Assembly: GCF_000002075.1 (NCBI RefSeq)
Contig: NW_004797274.1
Coordinates: 550,832 to 614,831, forward strand
Source: Aplysia californica
Lineage: Eukaryota
Direction: 5' to 3'
DNA: 64,000 bases
Every line of letters starts with the position of its first letter. Position 1 is the stretch's first letter. Made by a program: the position numbers and the translations under genes. Of the stretch, positions 24,601-39,600 are shown piece by piece. The notes below the pieces were generated by a model. It worked only from the letters and a program-made list of their open reading frames with translations, searched no databases and was not told the origin of the DNA.

Positions 24601-27600
24601 TGCCAGGATCTGGTCAATGGGTTTAGCTGTGTCTGCAATCCAGGATACACTGGACCTGACTGCAATGTGGGTGATATTTTACTGTGCTTGGTGTTATAAG
24701 TAACTTTTCGCTCAAAGCTTTTAACTTCTTGTTGTTATTTGTGTAGTAGGCAAAGACCAGGACAGTACACAGTGCTCTAAATATAAAACAAGTTACATTG
24801 TCAGTTGTTCGCTTCTTGTATTTGGAGTCCTTTGCTTTGTAGAGAAAAATACAATTAAGGAGCACACGAGAAAAACGGACCCAGTCACAAATTGGAAATT
24901 GTGAAGGTGTAAATTTTAAAAGCTTGTTTACTCATAACTTCTTATTATATTTGTTTGACTGGTGGTTTCTTGTTTTGTTTGTTGAATGGGAAATCAAACA
25001 ACAATAATCAACCTACGGTTGAACAGAAATACAGTTATGAGTCAACAAGCGTTAAAGATTGAAACCCTCACGATTTTCAGTTTGTTTGGGGGTTTTTTGT
25101 GACTGTGCCCGTTTTTTCTGTGCGCTTTTCAATTTTTTAAAATCATTTATGAAAACTCAAAAACCACAGGAGGACATTGATGATTGTCTGGCAGCCCCGT
25201 GCTTGCATGGTGGTTTCTGCACGGATCGGGTTAACGACTACAGCTGTAACTGCGTGGCAGGCTGGACAGGCCGAGATTGTGAAACCGTCATCTCGCAGTG
25301 TGACTTAAGCACTTGCAGTAATGCTGCGCCCTGCTTTGACCTTTTCAATGGAGTCTTCTGCAGGTAATGATAGTTGTTGTTTTTTTTCTTTTTTGTGTGT
25401 GTCTTTTTTATTTGTAGCCTACGTCGCATACTTAGAAGGTACTTGTTCTTTGTGTGTGAATGTGTGTATGTGTGTCCTTTTTTATATGTTTCCTACTTGT
25501 ATGTTGTTTGTCAGGTACACAATTGTCTTTTTCTTTGTTCGTTATAGGGTCAGATGTCAACTGATGGCTGAAATTCTATTGTTAAGTAGTCAAGCCGGCA
25601 GCTTTGTAGTATCGCAATTTGCCACAATAGGGCATTCAGCTGAAACATGTGGCATTGTATCACACTGTTAGCACAGTGCTTTTGCCAGTGCTTCACTATG
25701 TTTATAGCGCCTTGTTGCTGTTATTGTTGTTGTTGTTGGTTTTGTTATTTATCAAGCAGCTTTGGGGTTCAATATCCTTTTGACCCACTGCAATGTTGTA
25801 ACAGCTCCACTATTTTTTGGAACTTTAACTTCATAGTCCTGTGATCTGATATATCATGTTGGTGTTTTCTAAAAAATTCATTGTCCAAATTTATTTATAT
25901 ATCATTGCTTTGTCTTATTTATTTCTACCAATTGTCAGCTGTCCTGATGGGACGTTTGGGGATTTATGTGAAGACCGGCCAAACTTCTGCTCCGAGTCTC
26001 TCGGGTTTTGTTCAAATAATGCCACCTGTGTGCAGCAAAGTGCCTATACTGCTGAATGTAAATGCTCAGAAGGTAATCTTTTTTTTTTCTTGTACACTGT
26101 TCTCATAACGATTTTAGGGGATTTTGTTCAGTTTTTACATATGATTAAATGTACTCTATCGAGTTCAAGCAAACATTAACTAAAAGTTCTTCAAGAAGCT
26201 TATATAAGCCAAATAAAATCTTGCCCAGTGATGAACACTCATAGATTTCTGACCTAGCATCAATAAATTTTTAGGTTTTTGTGCCCAGAAGACATTGAAG
26301 ATGTTAACTTAATATAGGCAAAGGAGATTTGTTTCATAGCAGTGTGAACAATGAAACAGTAATAATTTATAAAACATAACATCATTATCCACTTTAAATG
26401 GTGATAGGCTATTGAGTTCATATTTAAAAGTATTAATGTCTGGTGTAACAATCAAGCTTTTTGCTGTTGCACACATGAGGACTGAGTTTGATTCCTGAGT
26501 GGAGAAGTAATTTTATCAGGTGTCGCTGTCTGTCTGCTGGGATGCTGTATCCCATTGAAACCACATTGAAAGACTTGAAAGGGGTCACAGTACTATAAGC
26601 AAAAATATATATGCTGTGATGAACATAACACAATTAATCAACAACATTAGGAGGAATTTGACCTGCTATCAACTTAAAGGAAATCTTTCTTTGAGCGGAT
26701 TTCATGGATTTTCCCTGCAGTTTTCATTTTAATTTTAAGCCTTAACCCTATCCGTACATTGTGTTTTACTATTGTGTCCATATGACATGGGGAACTCTGT
26801 GCCACCACTTTCAAAGAGGAAATTTACTCATTAATCCGATCTGTACACTTTGCATAGCAGTCTGTCAAAACGATTGTTTTAGAAATACTTATGAAAGTTT
26901 CAAACAGATCTTCGTACTAGAAGTATTCTAAAATGTGAAGAATACAACCCCTTGGGTACAAAATTACCCCAGGGCGTACAGATAGGGTTAATCAAGGCCT
27001 CCCTTTCTTGTTTAGCCGTCTCGTGAAATATCTTGCACTTGCTATTCTTTAAGCAAAAATACTGATCTTGAGTTGCTTTTTTTTCCTAGATAATGACGGT
27101 CAATTCTGTGAAAGGCAGAGAATCTTTGACTGTGGTCAGATTACGTGTGAAAATGGAGGAACCTGCTCTGGACCTCCATCCTCACCTCCGCAGTGTGACT
27201 GTCCCTCAGGTAGGCTTGACTTAGGTCTGAGGCTTGACCCAGACTTGTGTTTTGACTGAAGCTTCAGTCTTGACTGAGACCAAGTCTATACCGAGACCAA
27301 GTCCTAATTTAGGCTTGAGTCTTGACTTAAGAGTTTTGACTGAGACTTGAATCTTGACTTAGATTTGAATCTTGACTTAGATTTAGGTCTTGACTGAGGC
27401 AAAGTCTTGATGGAGGCTTGAGATCCTGACAGAAACTTGAGTCTTGACTAAGGCTTTCAGTCTTGACTGAGACTTGAGTCTTGACTGAGACTTGAGTCTT
27501 GACTGAGACTTGAGTCTTGACTGAGACTTGAGTCTTGACTGAGACTCGAGTAGGCCTTCCCGAACATCTGACACCCTCGTTCTCCTGACCAATCGAACCT

Positions 27601-30600
27601 ACTCTTGACTGAGACTTGAATCTTTACTGAGGCTTTGAGTCTTGCTAATCTTTAGTTTTGTTGCTAATTTGTTGCACACAGCTTGATGAATACCACTTTT
27701 TTAAACAAACAGATTAGGACGATAAAAACATTGCACAAAGATGTAGAAAGAGCAGACCAGAAGGAGACTTCCCCCGTCAAGCATCTATATTTGATGTACT
27801 GATGAGAATTACATCATCAGGGACAGTGATTTTTGGTTTTAAATCACAAATATTTTTACGGAGTTTTGCTCAAATTTTATCAAGCTTTACTAATGTGTCC
27901 AAGCTGCACATTGTAAAAATCATTATGTTTTGTCTTCCTGTACCCTTTGGAAAGTATTGCGCGATTACTTTTGGTAGGAGTGTATATTTTCACATTCTTT
28001 GCTTTTCAGTTTTGTATGTTATTTTCATTTTTGTACTTAACTCTACATATTTTTATATCTCAAAAAGTTGTTTTATTTTAATAAAGCTAATTTGGTTTAC
28101 AGAGTTCACGGGCAAACTTTGTGAGTCTCACGTGAACAACTGTGACACTACTGCATGCCCACCCACCGCCACATGCATTGATGGTCTCGATAAAGCTTTC
28201 TGCCGCTGTCCTTTGGGAAACACTGGTGCTTCCTGCACTGAAGGTAAATGTTTGATTTTTCTATTTACTGTTGTCATTAGTCATGTAGCTACTGGCCTCC
28301 CTTTGACTCAATACCATGTTCAAGTCAAGCAATTAGATGTTGAACATGCAATAAAAATGTTGCATTTCAGATTCTAGGCATCTTCAGGTTGGGTCAGATA
28401 TTACGCTTTTAAGAAAAGTACTTTTCTCTATATCCTCTTTTCATTCGGTGGCCAATGGGTTCTTAGTAGAGATTGAACATTTAAATGGTAACATGCTGCA
28501 GTGCTAAAAATCTCCTTTTGAACCAAATTGTTGTGGGCAAGCCATCTAAGGGTGTTATTGTGAAGTCATTTGAGCCCTAAGGATGATTTTGAAATACAAA
28601 TGAACGTGTATACTTTTTTTGTAATAGGTTAAGACCTTTTTATGCTGTTCATCTTTTTCACATAAAGAGCAGCATAAGGATTATGTAATTGCTACCATGA
28701 TGGTGTTATATCTGTTACTGATTGAACTGGGTGTTTGAGTTGTTTTATGCTTGTAAAGTGTTAAAAGGGTACATTTTTTGCTTGAGTTGCTTGCTAGTAA
28801 ACTGTATTTACATACACACTTACTCATTTATGGTATCAGAGACTTCAAACAACAAACAGTTCATGGCAACTTTTTGTTCTTTGTTTCAGGTGTAAACGAA
28901 AGTTTTGATATTTGTGTTCAACCTTCGAGCGATGCTAGTGGAGCCAGTCTGGCTTATCCTGCCCCGTATGACAATACTGGAGGTTTCACGGTGAAACTGT
29001 GGGTGAAATACTCAGTGCCTGGGGCCCAGGGTACCTACCTGTCTGTGTATTATTCAAGGTGAGATACTGATAAAATAATGAGACTTCATCCTCGTCTGTG
29101 TTTTCACATAACTACAAAGGAATGGTAGGAGATGGATCCTAAGGTTCCAGGCTGTATTCTCCTCTCATTTTTTGAACTGGAGATTTTTTATTAGTGTTTA
29201 TGGTACTCATGAGATTGATACACCTCCAAATCTAATCACTGCGTTATATGCCTCATCAGCCACTTGTTCCAAAAAGAGCTGTATTTGAATTTCAAACTTT
29301 TCCTGTTCTTTTTTTTAGTCTATTACTGTAAGTAACAATAAAATGCTATATTTTCTGCCTCTGACTATGCATTACTTTATTATTTTTTAAGCTGAGAGTG
29401 AAATGGAATTTAAATTATCAAAAAAATCGTTATCACAGGAATCATTTTCCTTTTCTTCTCTTTGATTGCAAGCTACTTGTTGTTCCTAAAATGCTGATAA
29501 ACACCTTTTATATTGTACATGTGTACATGGTACTTGATGTTGATGAAACGAAAATGTTTTCTCTGAAAACAGCACCGGATACGCTGATGAGAACCCTATC
29601 CTCATCTTTACCTTGGATTCATCTGGCTTGAACTTGAACCCTTCCCCTCTGCTGCCTTACGTATTCAAACCCATCAACGATGGAAACTGGCATTACGTCA
29701 TCATCACATGGGACAGAGACACTGGCCATATAGACTTCATTATCGACTTTGTCCGCCACCATCAGATAAATGGCTTCTCACAGGGCCTGGAACTTGCTGG
29801 AGGAGGGTAAGGAGGCTACGTCCGTTTTTCTGTTGATGTTGAATGTCCTGGCAACAACAGAAATGTGCAGAGCATATCAATGGCTCAATTTCTCTAATGT
29901 TGAATTAAACCTACCATCTTTCTAGGGTGACAATAATCAAATGTTATAGCAGCTTTTGAAAAAGACAGACCTGGACTTCATAAAAAAAACAAAGAACAGA
30001 AAAAAAATCTGCCACATTGTCCCACGTGGTCAGGGAAAAAAATACCAATTTTCTATTTTTTGACTTGGATGTTCACGTAAAGACTCAAAAGATTAGACTT
30101 TTTACACAATCTTTACACAATGCCTTTTTTGGTTGCTAGTATAGTTGTATTGCACATAGAGCACACTGTAGAGCATGGATGTGCCTTATATAAATGCAAA
30201 AATTGTTGTTGTTGTTGTTGTTGTTGTTATTTTTTTAAATTGTTATTANNNNNNNNNNNNNNNNNNNNNNNNNNNNNNNNNNNNNNNNNNNNNNNNNNNN
30301 NNNNNNNNNNNNNNNNNNNNNNNNNNNNNNNNNNNNNNNNNNNNNNNNNNNNNNNNNNNNNNNNNNNNNNNNNNNNNNNNNNNNNNNNNNNNNTTTTACT
30401 TAAACAATTCCTCACATTTGATTGTTGCTCCTCAGATTTGAAGTGATCGTTGGGTCGGCCAAAGAAGGCAGCCAGACATACAGTGCCACCGTGCTGCCCT
30501 TCGTCGGCTGTGTGTCAGGGATGGACTTGCTGAGCAGGGCTCTGGACTTTGACACTGAGGTGGAGCAGGTGGATGACAACCCGAGCAACTTCTTGGGAGA

Positions 30601-33600
30601 TGTCTTTAGGTAACGCCGCAGTCTCCCAGACATCTGTTGTTCACGTTGTTCACTCTGGCACATGTCAATGAAATTGACAAAACAAGTATCACATAGAAAT
30701 AATTCTTTTTCATACTTTAAAACAAAAATTCTTTCTTTCGCAGACTCCTATCACAGGAGCATTCTTGAGCAAGNNNNNNNNNNNNNNNNNNNNNNNNNNN
30801 NNNNNNNNNNNNNNNNNNNNNNNNNNNNNNNNNNNNNNNNNNNNNNNNNNNNNNNNNNNNNNNNNNNNNNNNNNNNNNNNNNNNNNNNNNNNNNNNNNNN
30901 NNNNNNNNNNNNNNNNNNNNNNNNNNNNNNNNTAAATACAAGGTACATTTTTTTCTTTAAACAGTTACTTCTTTACCACTGCTATCCCCTTCTATCTTTT
31001 TTCTTCTCTTCAGATGGCATGAGGTCATACCCTATGGCAATGTGGATGTGGAGAGACCTTCTACTGCTGCCATCTCTCAGTGCCCCCGAGGACAGCTTAG
31101 TCCAGACTGCAGACTACCCAGAGGTAAAGTTTTGTGGAATACATTTTTTTTTCTTCTCAACATCTTGGTATCCTCTTAGCCCTGCCAGTATCATCTTGAA
31201 CTGCAGTGAATATGATCCCAATTTGCATCCCTTTTGGGTGTTATTGAGCTTGATGTATTGCTGAAAGGATGTATGTCATGTTGTATTTGGATTCTTGTTC
31301 TCTACAGTTTTTATACAACTGTGTATGATTATGTCAAAGTCGTTTTTCTTTGCTGTGATTTTAAATCTCTTCAAATATTTAAAGTTCAGTTTTGGAACAG
31401 TCAATAGAGTGGAGAAAGGAATGAGTTTATATTTCACGCCAATGTCGAAATGAAAATCACTTGGGCTCACTTTAGACTCTGTCATACCTTTCAGTATAAA
31501 CCTTAACACCAACAATATCATATCAGAATTTATTTCTGTCCGTATCATGTATTTTGTTGGAGCTTTATATTGTATGGACAGCTGAAGACAGCAAAAGATA
31601 AAGATCTTATCAGTTTGTGAGTGTTTGAGTACTTAGTTGGCTGCTTGCACTATATGCTTCCTTGTAAGCTGAGAATGTTTCTGAGTGTTCTAGGATCTGT
31701 TGAGGTAAAGATTATAAAGTGAATAGAGCTTGCTGTTGAGCGGGAATATGTGCTTTACAAATGCTATTAACTATTTATTATTATTATATTCAGACCTTGG
31801 TTTAGGGCAGTGCTACAGACTGAAGTGTCTTCAAGCCATTCCCAAAGGGGGGCTATTAACATTCTTATGCAGTGTAGAATTGTAAACGGGCTGATTTATC
31901 AATGTCATGCTTATACTGTGCCGCAACAACATATAGGGGGAACTTCTGCTTTTTCTTTCTCATCCTTACTAACGTCATTTTTCCTCTACTTCTTTCGTAT
32001 GCTTGTCACTCTCTTGTTAAATGCTATTTCCGGGGTGCCTTGATAGTCGAAGCAGACTTTGTGCTGTTGAGGCTAGAGAGGTGAGCAGAGTAAGCCGGAT
32101 TCCTTGTTTGGACTTCTCTTGGCGCTCAAATGATCTTATGCAGTTGTGAGCGCTGTAAAAACCTTACTAAAACTAAAAAGACCTTGGTTTTGTCCTTACT
32201 ATCCTTTCTGGTCATTCTTCCTCAATGTACTATATTTTGTAACGTATATTTCTACTTCATGTAGATGTAACTGTTCCTGGTGTGCTGGACTGCCCAGAGG
32301 ACATCTCGGTGGCCACGGTGTACAGTGAGGCCCTGGTCACATGGACAGAACCAACTTTTGATGGAGCGGTCAGCGTCACATCATCTCGTCAACCAAGTAA
32401 GACTACCGTTGTGTGATTAATACACTTTTACATCTACCTCTATGGAGTTGAATTTTCTTGATCTCCAATTTTAAGATTTGAATCAGACCATCAATACTTA
32501 ATTTATTCATAGAGGAACCAGCCATCCCTGTCTAGGTGCTGCATTTCTTGAGATATGAATCAGTAGTTATGATTGTATGGTGGATGGGAAGAGGGTGATT
32601 TTTGTGTGTCTTTGTCGTAATTGTTTTTACATTAGGCATCTATGCTGGAAAATGTTTATTTCTAACCCGCTGTTCCTGTTTACACTCTTCTTGTGTAGAA
32701 AGAATACTTTTTTAAGAAGTTGAGGAGAAGAGACTCTTTCATTTTCATGGTGAGATTTTAAAATCTTTTCCCATGGTCATTTTGTTAAAATACATTTGTG
32801 GTTGGTTGGTGTTCCTGACGGTCTGGTATGTTTTCTGCTCTCATTATTCTGCTTCAGCCATCAGTCTCACAGCAATAGAAATGTATGTTTTTTTAACTGC
32901 CAGTTTCTGCCCATGGTTCTGAATAATGTAGATTACACTAAGGTGGAAACTGGAAATATTTCTTTTGCAATATGTTCAGGCATCATCATCATCATGATTG
33001 CTTTTCTCACCTTGGTTCAGGGTATAAGCCACTAACAGACACTTTCCACTTTTCCCTATCCTGTGCAAGCCTCTTGATGCTATTCCATATCTTCACATGT
33101 TTCTGTACATCAATTTTATGACTCTTCTCCAGGTTCCACGTGGTCTTCTCCTTGATCTCTTACATGTTCAGGCATGCTCTACTTTTATCTTTTGACTTGG
33201 CCTTAACTTTCCCGTCCTTTTTTTTCACTCATAAATTTCTCCACAGTCTGTCACCAGCCTATTTTCAAGGGGAGTGGAGATTTATGGCTTTTGAGGCTGA
33301 CTTGAAGCAGAGATATTCCCTTGTGGCATGACCTTGTCATGTCCGTACACACACAGAACAGATGTTTGATAGATTGTCATAGTCTCATTATGTCATATCC
33401 AGATACTGTTTTTCCAACCTACCCCGGCTTTGTTAGCAAAAGCTGTATGACCATGGTCACTGAATCCACATTACAATGAACGGGAAACTCTTTAGCGATA
33501 CTCCCTTTTTATAAGATTTTCAGTTTATTGACTAAGTTGTAGATTTTCTGATTTTCTTGATTAATTGTTATGTATTTTTTGTCTGCAGATACTTACTTTA

Positions 33601-36600
33601 CAAGAGGCGACCACACTGTCATATATGCAGCAAAGGATGAGGCTGGAAACACAGCTTTCTGTTCTTTTAAAGTTTTTGTCAATGGTAAGGGAATTATTAT
33701 TTTTTTGCTCTAATGGACTTATGTACAGGGATGTTAAATGAATCACTTTTTTCTTCTTTGGAACAGTTAAATTTGAGTCATTGTTTTTGTTTATTCAGTA
33801 TTAGCATTTTTATATATTAAAAAGCATCTTTGATAATATTTTTCTGGGCAACCTGTCGGCTCTTTAACAGTTTTTTCAAAGACCTTTCAGAATCCTTTTT
33901 AAACTAGCTTATGTGCTTTGTGCAGTCCTTGGGGGGGGGGGGGGGGGGGGTAGGAGGGGGAGTGGTGGAAATAATCAGAGGGGAAAGAGTTAGTGGCAAA
34001 GGTAGGTGGGGGAGAAGGGAGGGAGAAAGATAAATACAGCTGCTCATTGCTAGAGATACCTGTTGTATGGGCACTGATATACCAGCAGTACTTGCACAGA
34101 AGTGTCTGGAGCTTTTTAATACCAGGTTTTTTAGTGCAGTTCACTTATTATGTGTTTACTGTTTTATTTTAAAAGCCATTTTAATAGTACAATAACGGAT
34201 GTTTCTATTTGCATATGGAAATATTTGTCATGTTTTTCCTGTTTGTAACATACATTTTATGGTTTTTAAGTACTCAATGCATTAATTACATAGCTTTTTC
34301 TGCCCTTACAATTTTTTTTAAAAATTGTTATTGGCAGGAAAACATGCTAAATCTATACTAATGACATATCAATACATACACATGTCGTATACATATATCA
34401 TAGACGTAACATGCTTTCACACTCCTTTTAGAAGACATATCAGTTCATGGTGTAATATTCCAAATATTTGTAAGATCTTCAATGTTACCTTACTACTTTT
34501 TTCATTTGTCCTATCACCGTATTGTAGAGGCCATCTGTGCAGCCAGGGATGTCCCCCGAGGTGGAGGGGTAGCCACTGTCGTCGCTCAGTCGGGTAACGG
34601 TTTTACTGCCACGTCAGTCGGCTGCCAGACACCGAATCTTGCTCTGGTGGACGATGGACCCGTGGTGTACACCTGTGGGCCTGGAGGAGACTGGGAGTCT
34701 CTGCAGGACTCTGATAACCTGTACCCAACGTGTGGCAGTGAGTGATGAGTCTTTCGTTGTGCCAATGCTGGGTGATGTGGATTATATATATACATTTTTT
34801 TTTGTATTTCGGCGGAGTGGGTTGACACTTTTTCTAAGGAGTCACAAGTGCACTTGGTACTATGGTTTGCTAGTTGTGACTAGATTCTGTTTTCTGTACC
34901 CTACAAACATGTAAAGCTGAAACTGTCTAAGATGGTCACCCATTGTAGCAGAGAAAAGTGGTTGTCTTAGACTAGTGGTCCTTTTTTTTGTTTGTTTTTG
35001 TAAGTGTTTTATGGCGCTCGCAACTGCATAAGGTCATATGAGCGCGCGGGACACATTAAACTTTTTCCGTTGGTAGGAAATTTTGAATTTTGCCCGGGTG
35101 GTGGCCGAAGCCTACTCTTATCGATTTTAGACCACCAAGGGATCTTTAACATGCGCAACTTGCACATGTGGTCTCCGAGATTTTTCGCCCTTGTCCAGGA
35201 ATGCTAGGTGTAGATCTTCTACCAGAAGATCAGGGGTATGGCTGAAAGACAGCAGTAAGAAGAAGCCAAGGAGAAGTAGTAGAAAGGCTGTAGAAAGAAT
35301 CAGGAGCCCAGAGAAGGGGGGGGCAAAGGAGATGAGGGAGTGGGGGCAGAAAGAAGAGACGAAAGGACTAGTGGTCCTCTTAGACAGTGTCATTGGTGAC
35401 ATCGGTTCCATATACCTATGAAATATTTGGTCAAAATTTAAATTCTCAATGCCGGAAATACACAAAGTAGGAACTAATTGTAAAAGAATTAAAAGCTCTT
35501 GAAATATATTGTCAATATGTTAGTGTTTGAGCACTTATTTAGCTGCTTGCACTGTATGCTTCCCGGGAAGCTGAGAATGCTTCTGTCAGTGGTCTATGGT
35601 CTGCTGGGTAATACACATAGAGCTTGCTGTTGAGCTGAGGTATGCGCGATACAAATGCGATTTATTATTTATTATTGTTATAAAGTTTTTTCTCTATCAT
35701 CTGAAAAATTTTGCTTTCTAGGGTTGGGGCATTTGAACATTATGACATATGGGGAAATTATGCTTGTCATTGTGAAGTCAAGCTGTATAAAGATTGAAAT
35801 TCTTACTGAACAGACATTGTTGCTGCTGCCAAAAATGATGTGGACATCAGTCTGAAGTACAAGATTGACACGCCTGTGTGTACAGACATTAAAGATGCTA
35901 TAGCTCTGATAGCTCCTCAAAAGATAGCAGAGGTATGTTGTGTAAGAGTATTATTATTTTCATCTTCATTTAAATCGTCAGGTTCTTGTTTTTCCTTTGA
36001 TTTAACACTATCCACCCTCGCAGCGCTCAGAGCGCACAACACTTATCCCCATGGACCAGGATGCAAATGCGGTACATGCTATATCACTCAGTCGCCGATC
36101 GGCATCCCGTGGGGAAAAATTACGACTTCTTACCATCACCAATCGACGTCCCATGGGGGCAAAGTGTTAAGTCATCAAATTTCCAGGGTCTTTTTTTGTC
36201 CTTTTTTTTTTTTGCTTGACGTCGTCTTTCTTACTTTCGTTTAACATATTTATCATATTATGGGGTTTCTATTGTCAGTGTGAGTCTTTATCTTTAGAAA
36301 TTAGCTACTATCTTGCTGAACTTTCTGAGGATTATGAAATTATAGTCTTTCAGTATATCAGACTTGTTTTTGTCATGCTGAAAAACACCTTTGAGTACAT
36401 TCTGGTAAATTGTTCTCTGAACACACGAGAGAAGTAGATTTTGACTTCAGTGGTAACTTAGTTAAGAATATGCTTCCGTTTTTTTAAAAATAGAACTGTT
36501 CTCTCTTCCTCTGGGAATGGCCTGTGATTGGGAGAAAGGGAAAAGATCTTCCTAAACTTTGGTAAAACAAAAAAAAATGTTTAAGAAAATTAGATGCTCT

Positions 36601-39600
36601 GTAGGTTGAGGAAATTACAGTAAGTCATTGATGTGATCTTCTTTTTTGCAAAGACTTATAGAAAAAAATGAAAAACAATAAATGTGATTAGTTGGGAGCT
36701 CTGTGATACATTTTGATTTGCCTTTTTTTTATCACTGAACACAAAGTACAAATGTTTAGTAAAAAAAGGTATACATATATTTGTGGTTTGTACAGCAATG
36801 GAGAAAGGTGCTGAGGTGAATTAAAAACTCATAGATTATTATTACAGAGAGAGTATTAATAGTAAGACATCATTATTACTTTACTTTACTTTACTTTTCC
36901 AATCCAGCGGCCATTTAGGTTCTCGCCCTTCGGCCTGTACATCATTATTACGAAGAGTTTATTGTTAACGGTTTTGATCTGGATCCACAGTTGCAAGGGA
37001 GGTGGAGTGACAACATCTGTGCCACGACGACCTGCTCGGACATCACCGTGACCGTAAACTGTGACAATCTGCCAGAGACCGCTGTCAACATTGGGCTCAA
37101 GAATGTGGAGTAAGAACTACATTTTTGTTTTTAGTAGTGTAGGGTTTTAGTTGCGAGTTTTTCGTCATAGAGTAAATATGAAGCATTCTGATAAAATGAG
37201 TTACTTCTTGGACTCAAGCCTTATGGAAATAGATACGTCATGCTTATAGGTGAAGTTTTTACAATTTATAAGTACAGTCGTACCTGCCTTAACGGTAACC
37301 TGTATAAAACGGAAACCTGTCTTAACGGAATCTCCCCGCTGCCCCCTTGATATATTCTTCTTTAATTACCTGTGTAAAACAGAAACCTCTCCAACGCGGA
37401 AACGGAAAAAAAAATCTTCTCCCGTCAGAGGGTTTCACCTGTCTAAGACGGAAAATGCTTTGCCTGCTCAGCCCTGATTTGAAACAAAACTCACAAGTTT
37501 GATTCCGCTGGCTCTGAAATTATCGCCATGGCCATGCTGCTAGGTGAGGAAGGGAGTTCGGGGTGCAATCTGGGGGTAGATGTTACCCCATCATGTGAGC
37601 CCTGAGTGATGCAGATGGTCAGGGTGGTGTGGGTGAGAAACTCTCGACTGCCCGTGAGAGTGCTTGAGTACCGAGCCACTACGGAAACTTCCCTGGGTAA
37701 AATTAGATTGACCAAAGTCTGCCACCCTGATTGTACAGCCACCAGAGAAAAGAGTTCCTCGAAACGTTGTTACATGATGGCTGTGAGGGGTGGCATTGGT
37801 TGACTGTGCTTGTTGCACAGGTGGGTGGGGCTAAGGGTGAAAGCAAAAGAGATGTTCAAACGTTTCAGTTTTTAATAGGTCAAACAGCGGTCCTATGAAA
37901 GGCAAGCACTGGTGGTGAGTAAGACTGCATGTCATTTTCAGACAGGATAGAAATTGAGGGGTGTGAAGTTTTGACCACTGCTTGCCGATCGGACAAGCGA
38001 TCCTTGATCCCTCCGGCTGGGCCTTTGAACCCCCCCCCCTCCATCTCCCCCTAAATTCCCCTGTCTAAGATGAAAAATGTCCAAGACAGAATTTTTATCT
38101 GTCTTCCTTGCTATTCCGTCTTGCACAGGTTTGACTGTTTGAGGTAATAAAAGGCATGTTACACATAAAGAATATGGCATCAATAGAAAATTTACTAATT
38201 TGACCTTAGTTTGGATTTTTGGCAAATATCTCCATTTGTGGATTGCGAGAAGTAACTTTTTTATTAGCACGCCTCACAAATGAAAAGCTTCAGGTTATAA
38301 TTTATTACTACAATTTCCTGCTATACAGATGGTATTAGAATAGCCAAAGCTGTGTTAGCTCCTAAAAGTATGTGTTGTACATGATATAACTTTATTTTCC
38401 TGTTTTTGTCTTATACAAAGTAGTCAAAACCATTCACTTCATGTGTGGCTCTTGCTGTCATCTGTAGAACTCTTTTGATCACATAGAACAAGGTATCATT
38501 CTCAATCAATTTCTCATAACTACGATGAAATATTTAGGTGAAAGGACTTGGTTATGACAGAGCAACATTAGTTTAGGTTTATAATGTTATGTTTCTTTTG
38601 TAAAAGAGTTAATGTTAACAAGAATTAATTAACTTAGTTACTTCAATATTAATTTGGTTTTCTTTTCTTATTGTCTTAGAATATTAAATCCTCTATCTGG
38701 TGTGGAACTTGTCCATTCATAATGTTTTTTTTGAAAATTGAAATAGCATAATAGTATGAAGGGAGGGAGGGGTAGGAGGGGTGATCCGGGGTGAGGGAGA
38801 CTAATTTGAGATTTTCCTGCTTTGTTATTTTATTCCAGCTCTCAGCTTTCAAATGGTGTTCAGACGCTACCTGTTCAACAAGTCCTACTTTCTGAAATAC
38901 TGGACAATGATCTTCTGGCTTTTACAGTAAGGCTACCGTTTGACACTAAAATGCTTGAGTTTTGTCACTTTCAAGCTTTAATATAATGTGTCTGAAATGT
39001 ACCGGGCTGGTGGGCATAGGTTTTTGTGAGCAGTCTAGAGTGATCATATAGTTAAGCTTGTGCTGTAAACGAGATAATCTATCTTTTCCCATTACATCAC
39101 ACTATTTCATTGAGATATTTTTTGGTTGGAGATTTTTCATTGAAATCTAAGTTATTTGCTTTCACTTTTCAGATGTAAATTTTGTTACTGTTTGATGTTG
39201 TAGACTTTCTCAGGATGTTTTCTTAAATAACTTCACAGACAGTTAAAATAGAGTAATGTAACTGATGCGATCTAGAAGAAATTAGAGTGATATAACTGCT
39301 TTCTGACTTGGTGTGAGTTGTCTGTGCAGACATTATTGAATCAGAATTTTGTTGCTTTTCTTTTATTTTGGCAATGGACATGTGTGCCGGGTATGATTTA
39401 CTACATAATTTGCCTTTTCCAAGATGCATTATGAGTTGCACCAGATTCATAATAAATATCTTCTTTTGTCTGCATTTTTCAAGTGAAGATTGCAGCATGT
39501 AAGGTACACTTTTTATATATCGCATTTTCTCTTTGTAGGACATCTTCCCTCAAGCTGAGTTGGATCCTAATCAGCTTGAGGTCTCTGCATCCCTTGTCTG

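Noticed and set aside
27383-27592. (SQSRLK)n repeat protein on the minus strand
   Set aside because: Translation of the intronic 18-bp minisatellite with no supporting gene structure
12525-28243. Notch, Delta/Serrate or Crumbs identity for the EGF array
   Set aside because: No LNR, ankyrin or DSL domains, and no Crumbs ERLI tail; the flanking GCC, HYR and single LamG domains point to the Uif/SVEP1 group
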